NCBI RefSeq assembly: GCF_051201565.1
Contig: NZ_CP179200.1
Location: 60,001 to 92,000 of the forward strand
Direction of reading: 5' to 3'
From: Pseudothioglobus sp. nBUS_23
Lineage (GTDB): Bacteria > Pseudomonadota > Gammaproteobacteria > PS1 > Pseudothioglobaceae
Length of the DNA: 32,000 bases
This document shows positions 1 to 9,161 of this stretch, in pieces (positions within the stretch are counted from its first letter, which is position 1; each line of letters begins with the position of its first letter). The notes beneath the pieces were generated by a model, which was given only the letters and a program-made list of their open reading frames with translations, was not told the DNA's origin and did no database searches. A program made the position numbers and the translations under genes.

Positions 1-1
1 T

Positions 2-166
2 TTAGACAATACTCAGACAGCAGACATCAAGTGTGGCAGAAAAATACAATGCAGTGAGCTAAGTACCCCTCAAAAAGTTAAACTTTATGATGTACATAAA
101 AGATTTGTTGGTATCGGAGAGAGCAACACCTCCTCTGAGGTTTTGCCAAAGAGACTGTTTGTTTAA
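2..166 (+). CDS. 3' end of a gene entering from the left edge; tail resembles the PUA-type C-terminus of tRNA pseudouridine(55) synthase TruB (tentative)
   Basis: Frame 2 is open from the window edge to TAA at 164-166: ...LSTPQKVKLYDVHKRFVGIGESNTSSEVLPKRLFV*. The v.lYd....FvGIGE....l.PKRLf ending recalls TruB-like tails. Not in the ORF track because it has no start in the window. Confidence 0.3.
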   Translation, partial: LDNTQTADIKCGRKIQCSELSTPQKVKLYDVHKRFVGIGESNTSSEVLPKRLFV

Positions 167-196
167 CGTTTTTATTTTATTTTATTTAGGAAGATA

Positions 197-1462
197 ATGA
201 AAGTTTTAGTTATTGGTTCAGGCGGAAGAGAGCATGCGATTGCTTGGCAATGTGCTCAATTTGATGAGGTAGAGCATGTTTTTGTAGCTCCTGGTAATGC
301 AGGAACTGCTCTTGAAAGCAAAATATCTAATATTGGTGTTGAATCTGAAAATATTTCTGGGCTTATTTCTTTTGCTAAAGAAGAGATGATAGATATTACT
401 ATAGTGGGACCAGAGGCTCCACTAGTCCTTGGAATTGTTGACCAGTTTAAAGATGAAGGGCTTGCTATTTTTGGGCCTTCGAAGCTGGCTGCTCAACTTG
501 AGGGATCAAAAGCGTTCTGTAAAGATTTTTTAGAGAGAAACAATATACCTACTGCATTCTATAAGGTCTTTACTGAAACCAAGTCAGCGATAGAGTATGT
601 CAAAGAGAAAGGGACGCCTATTGTGATTAAAGCGGATGGCCTTGCCGCTGGAAAAGGCGTGATAATAGCCACTTCACTCGAAGTAGCAATAAATGCAATC
701 AATGATATGCTTGAGGGCAACAGGTTTGGCGAGGCGGGCTCAAGAGTTGTCATTGAAGAGTTTTTAGTGGGGGAAGAAGCAAGCTTTATAGTGATGGTTG
801 ATGGAAAAAACATACTGCCTATGGCAACATCACAGGATCATAAGGCTAGAGATAATGGAGATATGGGTCCAAATACAGGCGGCATGGGGGCTTATTCTCC
901 AGCTCCAGTCGTCAGCGATTTAGTTTATGAAAATGCCATGGAGAAGGTTATAAGGCCAACTGTTGACGCTATGAAAAATGAAGGGATGCCGTATACTGGG
1001 TTTTTGTATGCGGGCCTTATGATTGATCAGGATGAAGGCGTTAAGGTTCTTGAGTATAACTGCAGGTTCGGAGATCCAGAAACTCAACCTATTATGATGA
1101 GGCTTCAATCCAATTTAGCAAACTTATGTCTTCTAGGGGCTAGGGGATTTTTGGCTAATGTAACAGCTGAATGGGATAGTCGATCATCTTTAGGAGTGGT
1201 TATGTCAGCAAAGGGGTATCCAAATTCATATCAAAAGGGAGATTTAATTTCTTTGCCCGGATTATCATCGAACGCAAAAGTTTTTCATGCGGGCACAAAA
1301 CTTGATAACGAGAAAATACTCAGTAATGGGGGCAGGGTATTGTGCGCAACATCTCTTGGTAAAGATTTGAAAGATGCCCAAAACAGAGCGTATTCTCTTG
1401 TCAATGAGATCGATTGGGATGGAAGTTATTTTAGAACCGATATTGGCTTTAAGGGCCTCTAG
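197..1462 (+). CDS. purD: Phosphoribosylamine--glycine ligase (GAR synthetase)
   Basis: 421 aa. Has MKVLVIGSGGREHAIAW at the N-terminus, an ATP-grasp core, EYNCRFGDPETQ and SNGGRVL motifs. A purine-rich AGGAAG lies just upstream of the ATG. Confidence 0.95.
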   Translation: MKVLVIGSGGREHAIAWQCAQFDEVEHVFVAPGNAGTALESKISNIGVESENISGLISFAKEEMIDITIVGPEAPLVLGIVDQFKDEGLAIFGPSKLAAQLEGSKAFCKDFLERNNIPTAFYKVFTETKSAIEYVKEKGTPIVIKADGLAAGKGVIIATSLEVAINAINDMLEGNRFGEAGSRVVIEEFLVGEEASFIVMVDGKNILPMATSQDHKARDNGDMGPNTGGMGAYSPAPVVSDLVYENAMEKVIRPTVDAMKNEGMPYTGFLYAGLMIDQDEGVKVLEYNCRFGDPETQPIMMRLQSNLANLCLLGARGFLANVTAEWDSRSSLGVVMSAKGYPNSYQKGDLISLPGLSSNAKVFHAGTKLDNEKILSNGGRVLCATSLGKDLKDAQNRAYSLVNEIDWDGSYFRTDIGFKGL

Positions 1463-1474
1463 AGTGATTAAAGG

Positions 1475-2053
1475 ATGCTAGTTATTGGAGTAGATGAGGC
1501 AGGTAGAGGGTCTTTAGTTGGCAGTGTGGTGGCAGCTGCGGTTGCTTTTCCATCGGGGCTATTGATTGATGGACTGACCGACTCCAAAAAGCTATCTGAA
1601 AAAAAAAGGGAGGCGCTCTATGAGCAAATTACTAGTGAGTGCCTCTGGTCCATTGGTCAATCGAGTAGCTATGAAATTGACCAAATTAATATTTTAGAGG
1701 CCACAATGCTGGCCATGAAAAGAGCGGTAGATAAATTAAAGACAGAGCTAGCAAATAATAGTCAAATTACTAGTGTTCTTGTTGATGGGAACAGGTGCCC
1801 TGATATAGAAAACTGTAGGGCCATTGTGAAGGGCGACTTAACTGTGCCAGCCATTTCAGCTGCATCAGTCATTGCCAAGGTAACTAGAGATAGGCAGATG
1901 GTGAATCTCGATCAGGATTATCCAGGATATGGTTTTGCAAGGCATAAGGGCTATGGAACCAAGGCCCATCTTGAAGCACTTAAAAATTTGGGCCCAATTG
2001 AAGGGCAACATCGTTTTACTTTTGCACCAGTAAAAAAATTAATCAGATCCTAA
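1475..2053 (+). CDS. rnhB: Ribonuclease HII
   Basis: 192 aa. GVDEAGRGSLVGSVVAAAV (the DEAGRG catalytic motif), DSKKLSEKKRE and ASVIAKVTRD are typical of RNase HII. Confidence 0.92.
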   Translation: MLVIGVDEAGRGSLVGSVVAAAVAFPSGLLIDGLTDSKKLSEKKREALYEQITSECLWSIGQSSSYEIDQINILEATMLAMKRAVDKLKTELANNSQITSVLVDGNRCPDIENCRAIVKGDLTVPAISAASVIAKVTRDRQMVNLDQDYPGYGFARHKGYGTKAHLEALKNLGPIEGQHRFTFAPVKKLIRS

Positions 2054-2761
2054 CTCATAAAGCTGCTGGTTAAGCTCATTCTGTTTAGCCTCCAGTTCAG
2101 CTTTTTTAGCCTCCAGCTCAGCTCTTTTTTCAGCCTCAGCTTTTTTCTTGTTGTCGCGCTCAATTTCCTTAGCAGGCCTTGCCATTAGATAGTTAAAGAG
2201 CTTGACAACTTTTTTAACATTTTTTGCCTTGCTGGCTATATTTGTTGCGTGCTCAGCCTCTCTTTTTGTAACTGAGCCCATCAAATAAACAACGCCTCGT
2301 TCTGTAAGAACCGAGACATGGCTTGGGTGGAAGACTTCTTGGTCAAAGAATAAAGTTTCAATTTGAACAGTAATAACACCATCTTTTGCTCTATCTAAAT
2401 AACTACTATTTGGCATTACCTCAACTTCATTGATGAGCTGTTTAATTTTTGAAGATTTGCTTTTGACAATGCTTTCAAGGTACTCTTTTGCGTTTTCAGT
2501 TGGAGCTTCACCAGTAATTAAAACAGCTTGGTTATAAATATTAAAGTTAACATGCGCATCTTCTAGCATGGGATCTTTATTGACCATATTCCCTAAGTCC
2601 ATATATAGAGTTTTGTCATCTAATATTTCGCCCATAGTTCTGCGATCATTGTTCATTGTAGCGACCGTAGTTACTGCAGCAGCGCCTTGGACTATTGGTG
2701 AGCAAGAACTAAGGATTGAAGAAGAAATAATGATTGCACAAAGAAAGAGAATTTTTTTCAT
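2039..2761 (-). CDS. dolP: BON-domain outer-membrane lipoprotein (DolP/YraP-like) with an extra charged coiled-coil tail
   Basis: The start is moved to MKKILFLCAIIISSSILSSC, which gives a signal peptide plus LSSC lipobox. Two BON-like segments are present (VNFNIYNQAVLITGEAP; VSVLTERGVVYLMGSVTKREAE). It is divergent from rsmI, as the yraP region is in E. coli. The C-terminus is KKKAEAEKRAELEAKKAELEAKQNEL. Confidence 0.6.
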   Translation of the reverse strand: MKKILFLCAIIISSSILSSCSPIVQGAAAVTTVATMNNDRRTMGEILDDKTLYMDLGNMVNKDPMLEDAHVNFNIYNQAVLITGEAPTENAKEYLESIVKSKSSKIKQLINEVEVMPNSSYLDRAKDGVITVQIETLFFDQEVFHPSHVSVLTERGVVYLMGSVTKREAEHATNIASKAKNVKKVVKLFNYLMARPAKEIERDNKKKAEAEKRAELEAKKAELEAKQNELNQQLYELGSD

Positions 2762-2919
2762 ATTGGCCTCTAATTTATTGAACTGCAAGGAAACAATTAA
2801 GTTATATTTTAAATCAGATTCTATTAAGGCCCAAACAGAAATATTAATTTAGATTGTGCTTTCAATTTATAAAGCATAATATTAACACTCCTAGGATTTA
2901 AAAAAATTATGACTACTCT

Positions 2920-3750
2920 ATGATTGGATTGCTTTATATTGTTGCGACGCCCATTGGGAATTTAAGTGATATTACTTTTAGGGCGGTTGACATTCTTAAA
3001 AATGTTGACTTTGTTTTATCCGAAGACACAAGACATAGCAAAAAACTGTTTGATCATTATGAAATTAAATCTCCTTTAAAGGCATTCCATGAGCACAATG
3101 AAAATGAGAAGGTCAATGGGATTATTAGTGCGATTAATTCTGGCCAGTCAGTCGCACTAATTAGTGATGCAGGCACGCCTCTAATAAGTGATCCTGGTTA
3201 TCAACTCGTATCAGAAGCTAAAAAAATAGGAATTAATGTAGTGCCCATTCCAGGCCCTAATGCAGCAATCGCAGCACTATCCTCTTCTGGAATCGCGAGC
3301 AGTAGCTTTGCCTTTTTTGGGTTTCTGCCATCAAAACAAACATCAAGATTAAAATTTTTAAAATCTAAAAAAAATCTTGATGAGACTATTATTTATTATG
3401 AATCTCCTAAAAGGATATTATCAACACTCAAGGATATGATGGATGTCTTTGGAGAAGATCGAAGGGTTTGTCTAGCAAAAGAGCTTACAAAATCATTTGA
3501 AACAATTCTTAATGATAATTTACCAGCTTTAATTGATTATCTTGAAAGTGATTCAAATCATCAGAAAGGTGAATTTGTGATTTTAGTCTCACCTGCTGAT
3601 AAAATAGAACTTGACGAAGCCAATGTTGAGCTTGAAAAAATCTTGCCTATTTTATGTGAGGAGATGGGAGCTTCAAAAGCTGCCAAACTAGCATCTAAAA
3701 TTACTGGGCTAGATAAAAAATATTGTTATAAAAAAGCGATAATCCTATGA
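2920..3750 (+). CDS. rsmI: 16S rRNA (cytidine1402-2'-O)-methyltransferase
   Basis: 276 aa. LYIVATPIGNLSDITFRA, SEDTRHSKKL, ISDAGTPLISDPG and YESPKR motifs mark the tetrapyrrole-methylase-fold RsmI family. Confidence 0.9.
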   Translation: MIGLLYIVATPIGNLSDITFRAVDILKNVDFVLSEDTRHSKKLFDHYEIKSPLKAFHEHNENEKVNGIISAINSGQSVALISDAGTPLISDPGYQLVSEAKKIGINVVPIPGPNAAIAALSSSGIASSSFAFFGFLPSKQTSRLKFLKSKKNLDETIIYYESPKRILSTLKDMMDVFGEDRRVCLAKELTKSFETILNDNLPALIDYLESDSNHQKGEFVILVSPADKIELDEANVELEKILPILCEEMGASKAAKLASKITGLDKKYCYKKAIIL

Positions 3751-4061
3751 GTAATTTCTATAAACGCCATATTTTTTTCTGTAATAACATTCGAAATGAT
3801 GGCAAGCAGTGTTGTTCAGAGAATGGGGCAAAACAGATGTATCGTTATGCCAAAGATAAGTGTCGTGCTAATGGCTCATTGGGTGTTGGAAGGCTGGGGG
3901 TAAGTGAGTCAAGATGCCTGGGTCGATGTGAAAATGGTCCTGTGGCAGTGGTTTATCCTGATAATGTTTGGTATCAATATATTGATGAAGAGGACATTGA
4001 CGAGATATTTGAATCGCATATGGAGAGCGATAAGATTGTAAATCGTTTATTGATTAAATAA
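3747..4061 (+). CDS. Thioredoxin-like [2Fe-2S] ferredoxin-domain protein
   Basis: 104 aa. The start overlaps the rsmI stop (ATGA). Cys pattern FFCNN...QCCSENG...CLGRCENGPVAVVYPDNVWY is typical of (2Fe-2S) ferredoxin-domain proteins. Confidence 0.65.
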   Translation: MSNFYKRHIFFCNNIRNDGKQCCSENGAKQMYRYAKDKCRANGSLGVGRLGVSESRCLGRCENGPVAVVYPDNVWYQYIDEEDIDEIFESHMESDKIVNRLLIK

Positions 4062-4070
4062 ACGAGCTCT

Positions 4071-4712
4071 CTAATCCAGTTTTTTAATTGCCTCAAGAAT
4101 ATAAGGCTTTAAATTGCTCGCCATCACTTTTATGCCTTTGGCGTTTGGATGCTTGTAATCAGCTAGAAGCATATCTTTCTCTAGCGCAACTCCCTCTAAT
4201 AGAAACGGCATCATGATTAGGCTATATTTTTTTGAAAGCTCTGGATAAATGCTATCAAATTCTAATTGGTATTTAGCCCCCATACTCTCAGGCGACTTCA
4301 TGCCAGCCAGAACAACAACTGACTTATTCTCGACAAATTTATTAATGATCTGTTCAAGATTATTACCTGTCAGTGATGGGTCAAGGCCTCTCAGCATGTC
4401 ATTTGCACCAAGACAAAGGATTACAATGCTAGGCTTATCGCCAAGTGACCAGTCAACTCTGGACAACCCATTTTTAGAGGTGTTTCCTGAGATGCTTGCG
4501 TTGATAAACTGGATTGGAGGCTCATTGTTTTTAAAATTCCTTGTTAATTCGGAGGTCAAATTTTCTGTTTGAGACAAACCGTAGCCTGCCATCAGGCTAT
4601 CGCCATAAAGCATAATTTTTATAGGGTCTTGTGCATAAACATTAGTGAATAATAATGTCATTATTAGCCCCATAAATAATGATTTAAACGCGTGCTTTTT
4701 TGAGATAATCAT
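4071..4712 (-). CDS. tesA: SGNH/GDSL arylesterase / acyl-CoA thioesterase I-like, secreted
   Basis: Signal peptide, then YGDSLMAGYGL (GDS block), GNTS, LGANDMLRG and a C-terminal DYKHPN block. Divergent from the ybbA-ybbP pair, as in E. coli. Confidence 0.82.
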   Translation of the reverse strand: MIISKKHAFKSLFMGLIMTLLFTNVYAQDPIKIMLYGDSLMAGYGLSQTENLTSELTRNFKNNEPPIQFINASISGNTSKNGLSRVDWSLGDKPSIVILCLGANDMLRGLDPSLTGNNLEQIINKFVENKSVVVLAGMKSPESMGAKYQLEFDSIYPELSKKYSLIMMPFLLEGVALEKDMLLADYKHPNAKGIKVMASNLKPYILEAIKKLD

Positions 4713-4739
4713 GCGCTGAATTTTATATTAGAATTTGAA

Positions 4740-5405
4740 ATGAATGCATCAATACAGTTCAATAATGTTTCACTCAGTTACGGTGATATTGCCGAGGAAG
4801 TTGAAGTTTTAAAGGACATTAGTTTTTCAATTGATAGCACTGAGGTTGTTTCAATTGTTGGCCCTAGCGGATCAGGCAAAACTTCAATTATTATGCTCGC
4901 ATCTGGTCTTGAGAGTGCAAGCAAAGGCTCAATTCAAATTAATGGCAAAGAAATTGTCGGCCTAAAAGAAAAAGAATTGTCAGAGGTAAGAAGGAAAAAC
5001 ATTGGCATTGTTTTTCAATCCTTTTATTTGATTCCTAACCTGACTGCTGTGGAGAATGTTTTGTTATCTCTTGAAGCGAATCAACAATACAGCTTAGAAA
5101 AAGATGCCGAGAATCTTTTGGGAGAATTTGGCCTCTCACATCGAATGCACCATCTGCCAAGTGAACTTTCTGGGGGAGAGCAGCAGAGGGTTGCAATAGC
5201 CAGAGCACTCATAAACAAACCCAAAATCATTTTGGCTGATGAGCCAACAGGTAATCTTGATAGCGTTAATTCAGAGAGTATGATCGACTTGCTTTTTGAG
5301 TACACCAAAAAAAGTCATACCTCTCTTATCATGGTGACTCACGATAGTTCAATTGCAAAAAGATGTGATCGAATTATAGAAATTAGGGATGGCCAGATTG
5401 TTTGA
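4740..5405 (+). CDS. ybbA: ABC transporter ATP-binding protein (YbbA/LolD-like)
   Basis: Walker A GPSGSGKTS, signature LSGGEQQRVAIARAL, Walker B ILADEPTGNLD and H-loop VTHD. Confidence 0.85.
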   Translation: MNASIQFNNVSLSYGDIAEEVEVLKDISFSIDSTEVVSIVGPSGSGKTSIIMLASGLESASKGSIQINGKEIVGLKEKELSEVRRKNIGIVFQSFYLIPNLTAVENVLLSLEANQQYSLEKDAENLLGEFGLSHRMHHLPSELSGGEQQRVAIARALINKPKIILADEPTGNLDSVNSESMIDLLFEYTKKSHTSLIMVTHDSSIAKRCDRIIEIRDGQIV

Positions 5406-7923
5406 TATTCAGCAATTCAAATTAATCAATAAATACGCCTTAAGGGATTTCTCAAGAAGCTATAAAAAGCTATGGGTAGTTACCTCAACTCTATTTGTCA
5501 GTCTGCTACTTCTTTCACTAACGTTTTCAATTAAAGAGGCGCTCAATAGCGAGATAGAAAATAATTCTAAGGAGCTTTTAGGTGGTGATATTCAAGTAGA
5601 TAGTGATATAGATCCACTTCCTGACGCAGTTATTGAGCAGTTTAATGAGCTTGGAAGGGTCAGCGCAACCATTGAGTTTGCCACCATGCTATCCAAGGAA
5701 GGCGAGTCGCCGGTATTCACTGAGCTTAGGGCAGTTGATAATAATTATCCACTCTATGGAGAGATTGAAACAACCACCCAGGGAGCTTCCAAAAAAATAT
5801 TTTCTAGTACTAAAAATCCAGCCGTCTTAATTAATGAGAGCATCCAGAAACTGCTCAAAGTCAATGCTGGTGATGACATTATTATTATGGGCCAAAAATT
5901 TGAAGTTGCCGGGCTTGTCTCATCTGTTCCAGACCTTGCTGAGAGCGCTGTTTTTGGTGAATTTGCAATTATCAGCATGGACAGCTATAAAAAATTCGGG
6001 CTGAGCTCGGGGGGCAGCTTTCTTGACCATAAGTACAGAATTAAGTTTAATAATTTAAATGATATTCAAGAGCAAGAGAATACAATTAAGACTATTGTTG
6101 CCTATGATGATAGAATCCAGACCCGCCTTCCAGGCCAGAGTGGGCGAAGTCTAAGTAGGGTTATAGATAACTTTTCAAATTTTTTAAATTTAGTTTCTGT
6201 GAGTGCTATGGTCATAGCAGGAATTGGTATTAGTAATACACTCTTGTCATTTATAAACCAAAACAATACTAGCATAGCAGTCAAAAAGTCTATTGGTTTT
6301 CCTTCCAGCTTTATTCAAACCATGTATTTTTATGAAATCATGTTGATTTTGATTATGACCTCAGTTATCGCATATCTGATAGGTGTTTTTAGTCCATTAT
6401 TGGCGAATGAGTTTTTGCCGGAGGCTCTGGGAATCGATTTGCAGCCTTCATTTAGTGTTTTGGGCTACCTAAACATTTTCTTTATTGGCCTTCTGGTGGT
6501 ATTAATTTTTTCTATTCCATCTTTATATTCGATTAGTGAGATTAAAGCAGCCTCCTTGTTCCGAAATACATTTAATCCTGTCAGCTTAAATTTCTCATTG
6601 AAGAATATTCTATTGTTAACTATTTTGGTATTGGTCCTGACCACGTATTTTGTTTCTCAAACCAATCAGAAGCTTTATACAGTTTTTTACTTCGTCTCTT
6701 TTTTTGGCACCATGCTTATTTTTTATGGAGTGTCGCGATTGTTAATTGCTTTGATCAAGCGCATTTATAAATTTTCAAATAATAGTTACAGGATAGCCTA
6801 CAGAAATATTGTAGCAAAAAAATCACTTGCACCAATCATGACAATTTCTCTAGGAATTGGGTTAACTCTTCTACTCACGCTTAGTTTTGTCGCAAACAAT
6901 TTGAAAAAAGAAATATCAGATAGCATTCCATCTTTGGCTCCAGATTTATTTTTTGTCAGTATTGACAGAGATGTTAAAGGCGATCTTGAGTCCTATATAA
7001 AAGAAGTTGACCCAAGCGCTGAGATTGAATTTAGTCCAATGGCAAGTGCATCCTTTATTTCACTTAATGGAACCCCCATTGAAGAGATTGTCTCTAATAA
7101 CAATAGATCAGCATGGGTAGTTAGGGGTGATAGACGAATTTCTTGGTCAGAGAAACCAAAGCCCGATAATCCAATAGTGGAAGGCCAGTGGTGGGAGCCG
7201 GGTATTGAGGATGAGCTTTTCATTTCAATGGATAGCAGGGCTGCCTATGATCTTGGTATGAAAATTAATGACAAGATAGTTCTGAATATATTAGGTCGAG
7301 ATGTCACTGGAACAATTAAGAATTTCAGAGAGGTAGACTATAGGGATATCTCAATTAACTTTGCTATCATCATCAATAAAGCCTTTGCAAATAAACTGCC
7401 ATATGAGTATGTTGGAACTCTAAAGTCTGGACTACCTTCAAGTGAGATTTTGGCTATGGTGGTTGAAAAATTTCCAAATGTTTCAGCAATCAAGATTGAT
7501 AGAATTCTGAAACAGGTCAGTGAAGTTTTAAATAAAGTATTCATAGCTGTTACAGCTATATCGCTGATTGTTATTATCGTTGGTTTAATAGTTATTGTGA
7601 GTGCAGTGTTGGTGCAGACCACATTCAGGAGATATAACAACCTTATCTATAAGATACTAGGAGTTGACTTTCCAACCATACTGAAGGCTATGACAATGGA
7701 GTTTGCTGTTATCTATGGCACTTTAATATTTTTTGCACTTTCAGTAGCAACAATTAGCTCTTACCTAGTGGTAGAGAACGCACTGCAACTTACTTGGTAC
7801 TTTGACTTTGGTCTTGCCTTGTGGATACTTGTTTCAACAGCAGCAGTTTCGTTTTTGCTCATAATGCTTGCAAATCGTAGCATTTTTAGCCCAAAGGTCT
7901 ATCCACTCATCCGGAATGAGTAA
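5389..7923 (+). CDS. ybbP: FtsX-like ABC transporter permease, duplicated (YbbP-like)
   Basis: 844 aa. Two FtsX-type 4-TM bundles are separated by large soluble loops. It overlaps the preceding ATPase gene by 17 nt. Confidence 0.8.
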   Translation: MARLFDIQQFKLINKYALRDFSRSYKKLWVVTSTLFVSLLLLSLTFSIKEALNSEIENNSKELLGGDIQVDSDIDPLPDAVIEQFNELGRVSATIEFATMLSKEGESPVFTELRAVDNNYPLYGEIETTTQGASKKIFSSTKNPAVLINESIQKLLKVNAGDDIIIMGQKFEVAGLVSSVPDLAESAVFGEFAIISMDSYKKFGLSSGGSFLDHKYRIKFNNLNDIQEQENTIKTIVAYDDRIQTRLPGQSGRSLSRVIDNFSNFLNLVSVSAMVIAGIGISNTLLSFINQNNTSIAVKKSIGFPSSFIQTMYFYEIMLILIMTSVIAYLIGVFSPLLANEFLPEALGIDLQPSFSVLGYLNIFFIGLLVVLIFSIPSLYSISEIKAASLFRNTFNPVSLNFSLKNILLLTILVLVLTTYFVSQTNQKLYTVFYFVSFFGTMLIFYGVSRLLIALIKRIYKFSNNSYRIAYRNIVAKKSLAPIMTISLGIGLTLLLTLSFVANNLKKEISDSIPSLAPDLFFVSIDRDVKGDLESYIKEVDPSAEIEFSPMASASFISLNGTPIEEIVSNNNRSAWVVRGDRRISWSEKPKPDNPIVEGQWWEPGIEDELFISMDSRAAYDLGMKINDKIVLNILGRDVTGTIKNFREVDYRDISINFAIIINKAFANKLPYEYVGTLKSGLPSSEILAMVVEKFPNVSAIKIDRILKQVSEVLNKVFIAVTAISLIVIIVGLIVIVSAVLVQTTFRRYNNLIYKILGVDFPTILKAMTMEFAVIYGTLIFFALSVATISSYLVVENALQLTWYFDFGLALWILVSTAAVSFLLIMLANRSIFSPKVYPLIRNE

Positions 7924-7946
7924 TACTTTTTAATGTTTAATTAAGC

Positions 7947-8561
7947 CTAGAGAAATGCAAGTAGTTTTTGATTAAGCGCCTGAACTTTTTCTTTAAGGTC
8001 GCTCACTCTCGAATTATTCTCAATGATATCGGTTGGAACATGTTCATTGAGTTTAAGGCGCTGCTCTCGACTTGCTTGAGCAAGCAACATCGTTTTTGCT
8101 TTTGCTGAGTCAATATCATCTCTTTCCATGAGGCGCTTAATTTGTGTTTCATTTTCACAGTCAACTAAGATAGCTCTATCAAATGGTCCCCAAAGTTCTT
8201 TCTCAACAAGAAGAGGTATCACAACTATCATTACTCCCTCATGACAGTCATCCATCATTGCTTTCATTTTATGAAGAATCCTTGGGTGAAGGATCTGTTC
8301 AATTAATGCTCTATTTCTTCCTTTTTTATAGAGGACATCTCTTAAGTTTTTGCGATCAAGCGAGCCATCACTCAATAGAATTGATTTACCAAAAGTATCA
8401 ACTAATTCCTGGAGGCCCTCGGTGCCTGGCATCACAACTTCACGTGAAATGATATCAAGATCAATAATTTTGCATCCATGAATTTCAAGTAAGTCGCTGA
8501 CTAAACTTTTGCCTGATGCAATGCCTCCAGTTAGAGCTACTTTTAGAACTTTGCTCGTCAT
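7947..8561 (-). CDS. coaE: Dephospho-CoA kinase
   Basis: The start is moved to MTSKVLKVALTGGIASGKS (P-loop at the N-terminus). The upstream 19 codons of the ORF-track call are probably not translated. Confidence 0.88.
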   Translation of the reverse strand: MTSKVLKVALTGGIASGKSLVSDLLEIHGCKIIDLDIISREVVMPGTEGLQELVDTFGKSILLSDGSLDRKNLRDVLYKKGRNRALIEQILHPRILHKMKAMMDDCHEGVMIVVIPLLVEKELWGPFDRAILVDCENETQIKRLMERDDIDSAKAKTMLLAQASREQRLKLNEHVPTDIIENNSRVSDLKEKVQALNQKLLAFL

Positions 8562-8701
8562 ATAATTCTGAATTATTGATACTAATATCCAAATTTTATA
8601 ACGAAATGAGGCTGACACAGTCCCAATGATATTTTTATTGCTCTATTTTGCTAATTAGCTTGACTTTTGGAGCAAATATTTCGATAATAAGCGCTCTTTT
8701 T

Positions 8702-8778
8702 GGTTATGTAGCTCAGCTGGTTAGAGCACAGCATTCATAATGCTGGGGTCGGTGGTTCAAGTCCACCCATAACCACCA
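8702..8778 (+). tRNA. tRNA-Met (anticodon CAU), elongator type, with encoded CCA
   Basis: GGTTATGTAGCTCAGCTGGTTAGAGCACAGCATTCATAATGCTGGGGTCGGTGGTTCAAGTCCACCCATAACCACCA. It folds as a cloverleaf: a 7-bp acceptor stem GGTTATG/CATAACC, anticodon stem CAGCA/TGCTG and loop TTCATAA. It closely resembles E. coli metT-type tRNA. A lysidine-modified tRNA-Ile2 cannot be excluded from sequence alone. Confidence 0.85.
8733..8778 (+). repeat. attL core: the 3' 46 nt of the tRNA, repeated perfectly at 18604-18649
   Basis: attcataatgctggggtcggtggttcaagtccacccataaccacca is identical base for base at both positions. Confidence 0.85.
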
Positions 8779-8824
8779 TATCCCATAAGGCTTTCAGCCA
8801 TTTCACTTAAATCAAAATAATGCT

Positions 8825-8845
8825 CCAGTACACACTCAGTACACA
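8825..8845 (+). promoter_or_regulatory. Tandem CCAGTACACA / CTCAGTACACA repeat in the tRNA-proximal arm (candidate arm-type recombinase site)
   Basis: The same tandem motif, in the same orientation, lies immediately upstream of the integrase start at 18451-18471. Confidence 0.4.
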
Positions 8846-8990
8846 ATAGGACTAAAAAACACCCCTTTTCTACACCTCGCTTAAGTCCAAATAATTAGAT
8901 AAATAATAATAGTTAAATAAATAGAGACTAGTAACCGTTGGTTTGAAGTGTATATAACCGATGGTTTAGATAAATACTATGAAAAAAGTA

Positions 8991-9120
8991 CCATCCCTCG
9001 CATATATATACTGACTTTGAGGTACGGGGGGGGAGCCCCTCTCGACATCGGAGATAGATATATACACCCTCCCTCACACATCAAACGAAATTTGGACTTT
9101 AGTTCTAATTGACATATAAT
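8991..9120 (+). repeat. Intergenic cassette copy 1 (orphan; no + strand gene follows)
   Basis: ccatccctcgcatatatatactgactttgaggtacGGGGGGGGagcccctctcgacatcggagatagatatatacaccctccctcacacatcaaacgaaatttggactttagttctaattgacatata. It matches the copies at 11844, 18862, 20925, 22952 and 30654. Confidence 0.9.
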
Positions 9121-9161
9121 TTTAGTATGAATTTGACACCAGAAATGCTCTTTGTTATTTT

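Noticed and set aside
559-813. Antisense or overlapping track ORFs inside well-supported genes: 559-813, 920-1108, 2568-2852, 4249-4572, 5081-5308, 5633-5830, 5754-5978, 6102-6284, 6993-7223, 7338-7640, 8183-8452, 9310-9528, 10506-10688, 10826-11167, 11351-11560, 12041-12253, 17491-17769, 19405-19740, 19523-19759, 19812-19997, 20051-20242, 21692-21964, 23134-23331, 23373-23561, 23593-23775, 25531-25749, 27654-27842, 28816-29016 and 30535-30738
   Set aside because: Each lies within or opposite a longer ORF that has clear family motifs. Their translations are low-complexity or Ser/Leu/Ile-rich with no recognisable motifs or ribosome-binding sites.
8702-8778. The CAU-anticodon tRNA might be tRNA-Ile2 (lysidine) or initiator tRNA-fMet
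   Set aside because: It has a paired 1:72 position (G-C) and no GGG/CCC anticodon stem, so it is not an initiator. The D-arm and anticodon stem are closest to elongator tRNA-Met as I remember it. The T-arm does resemble Ile2, so this rejection is soft.
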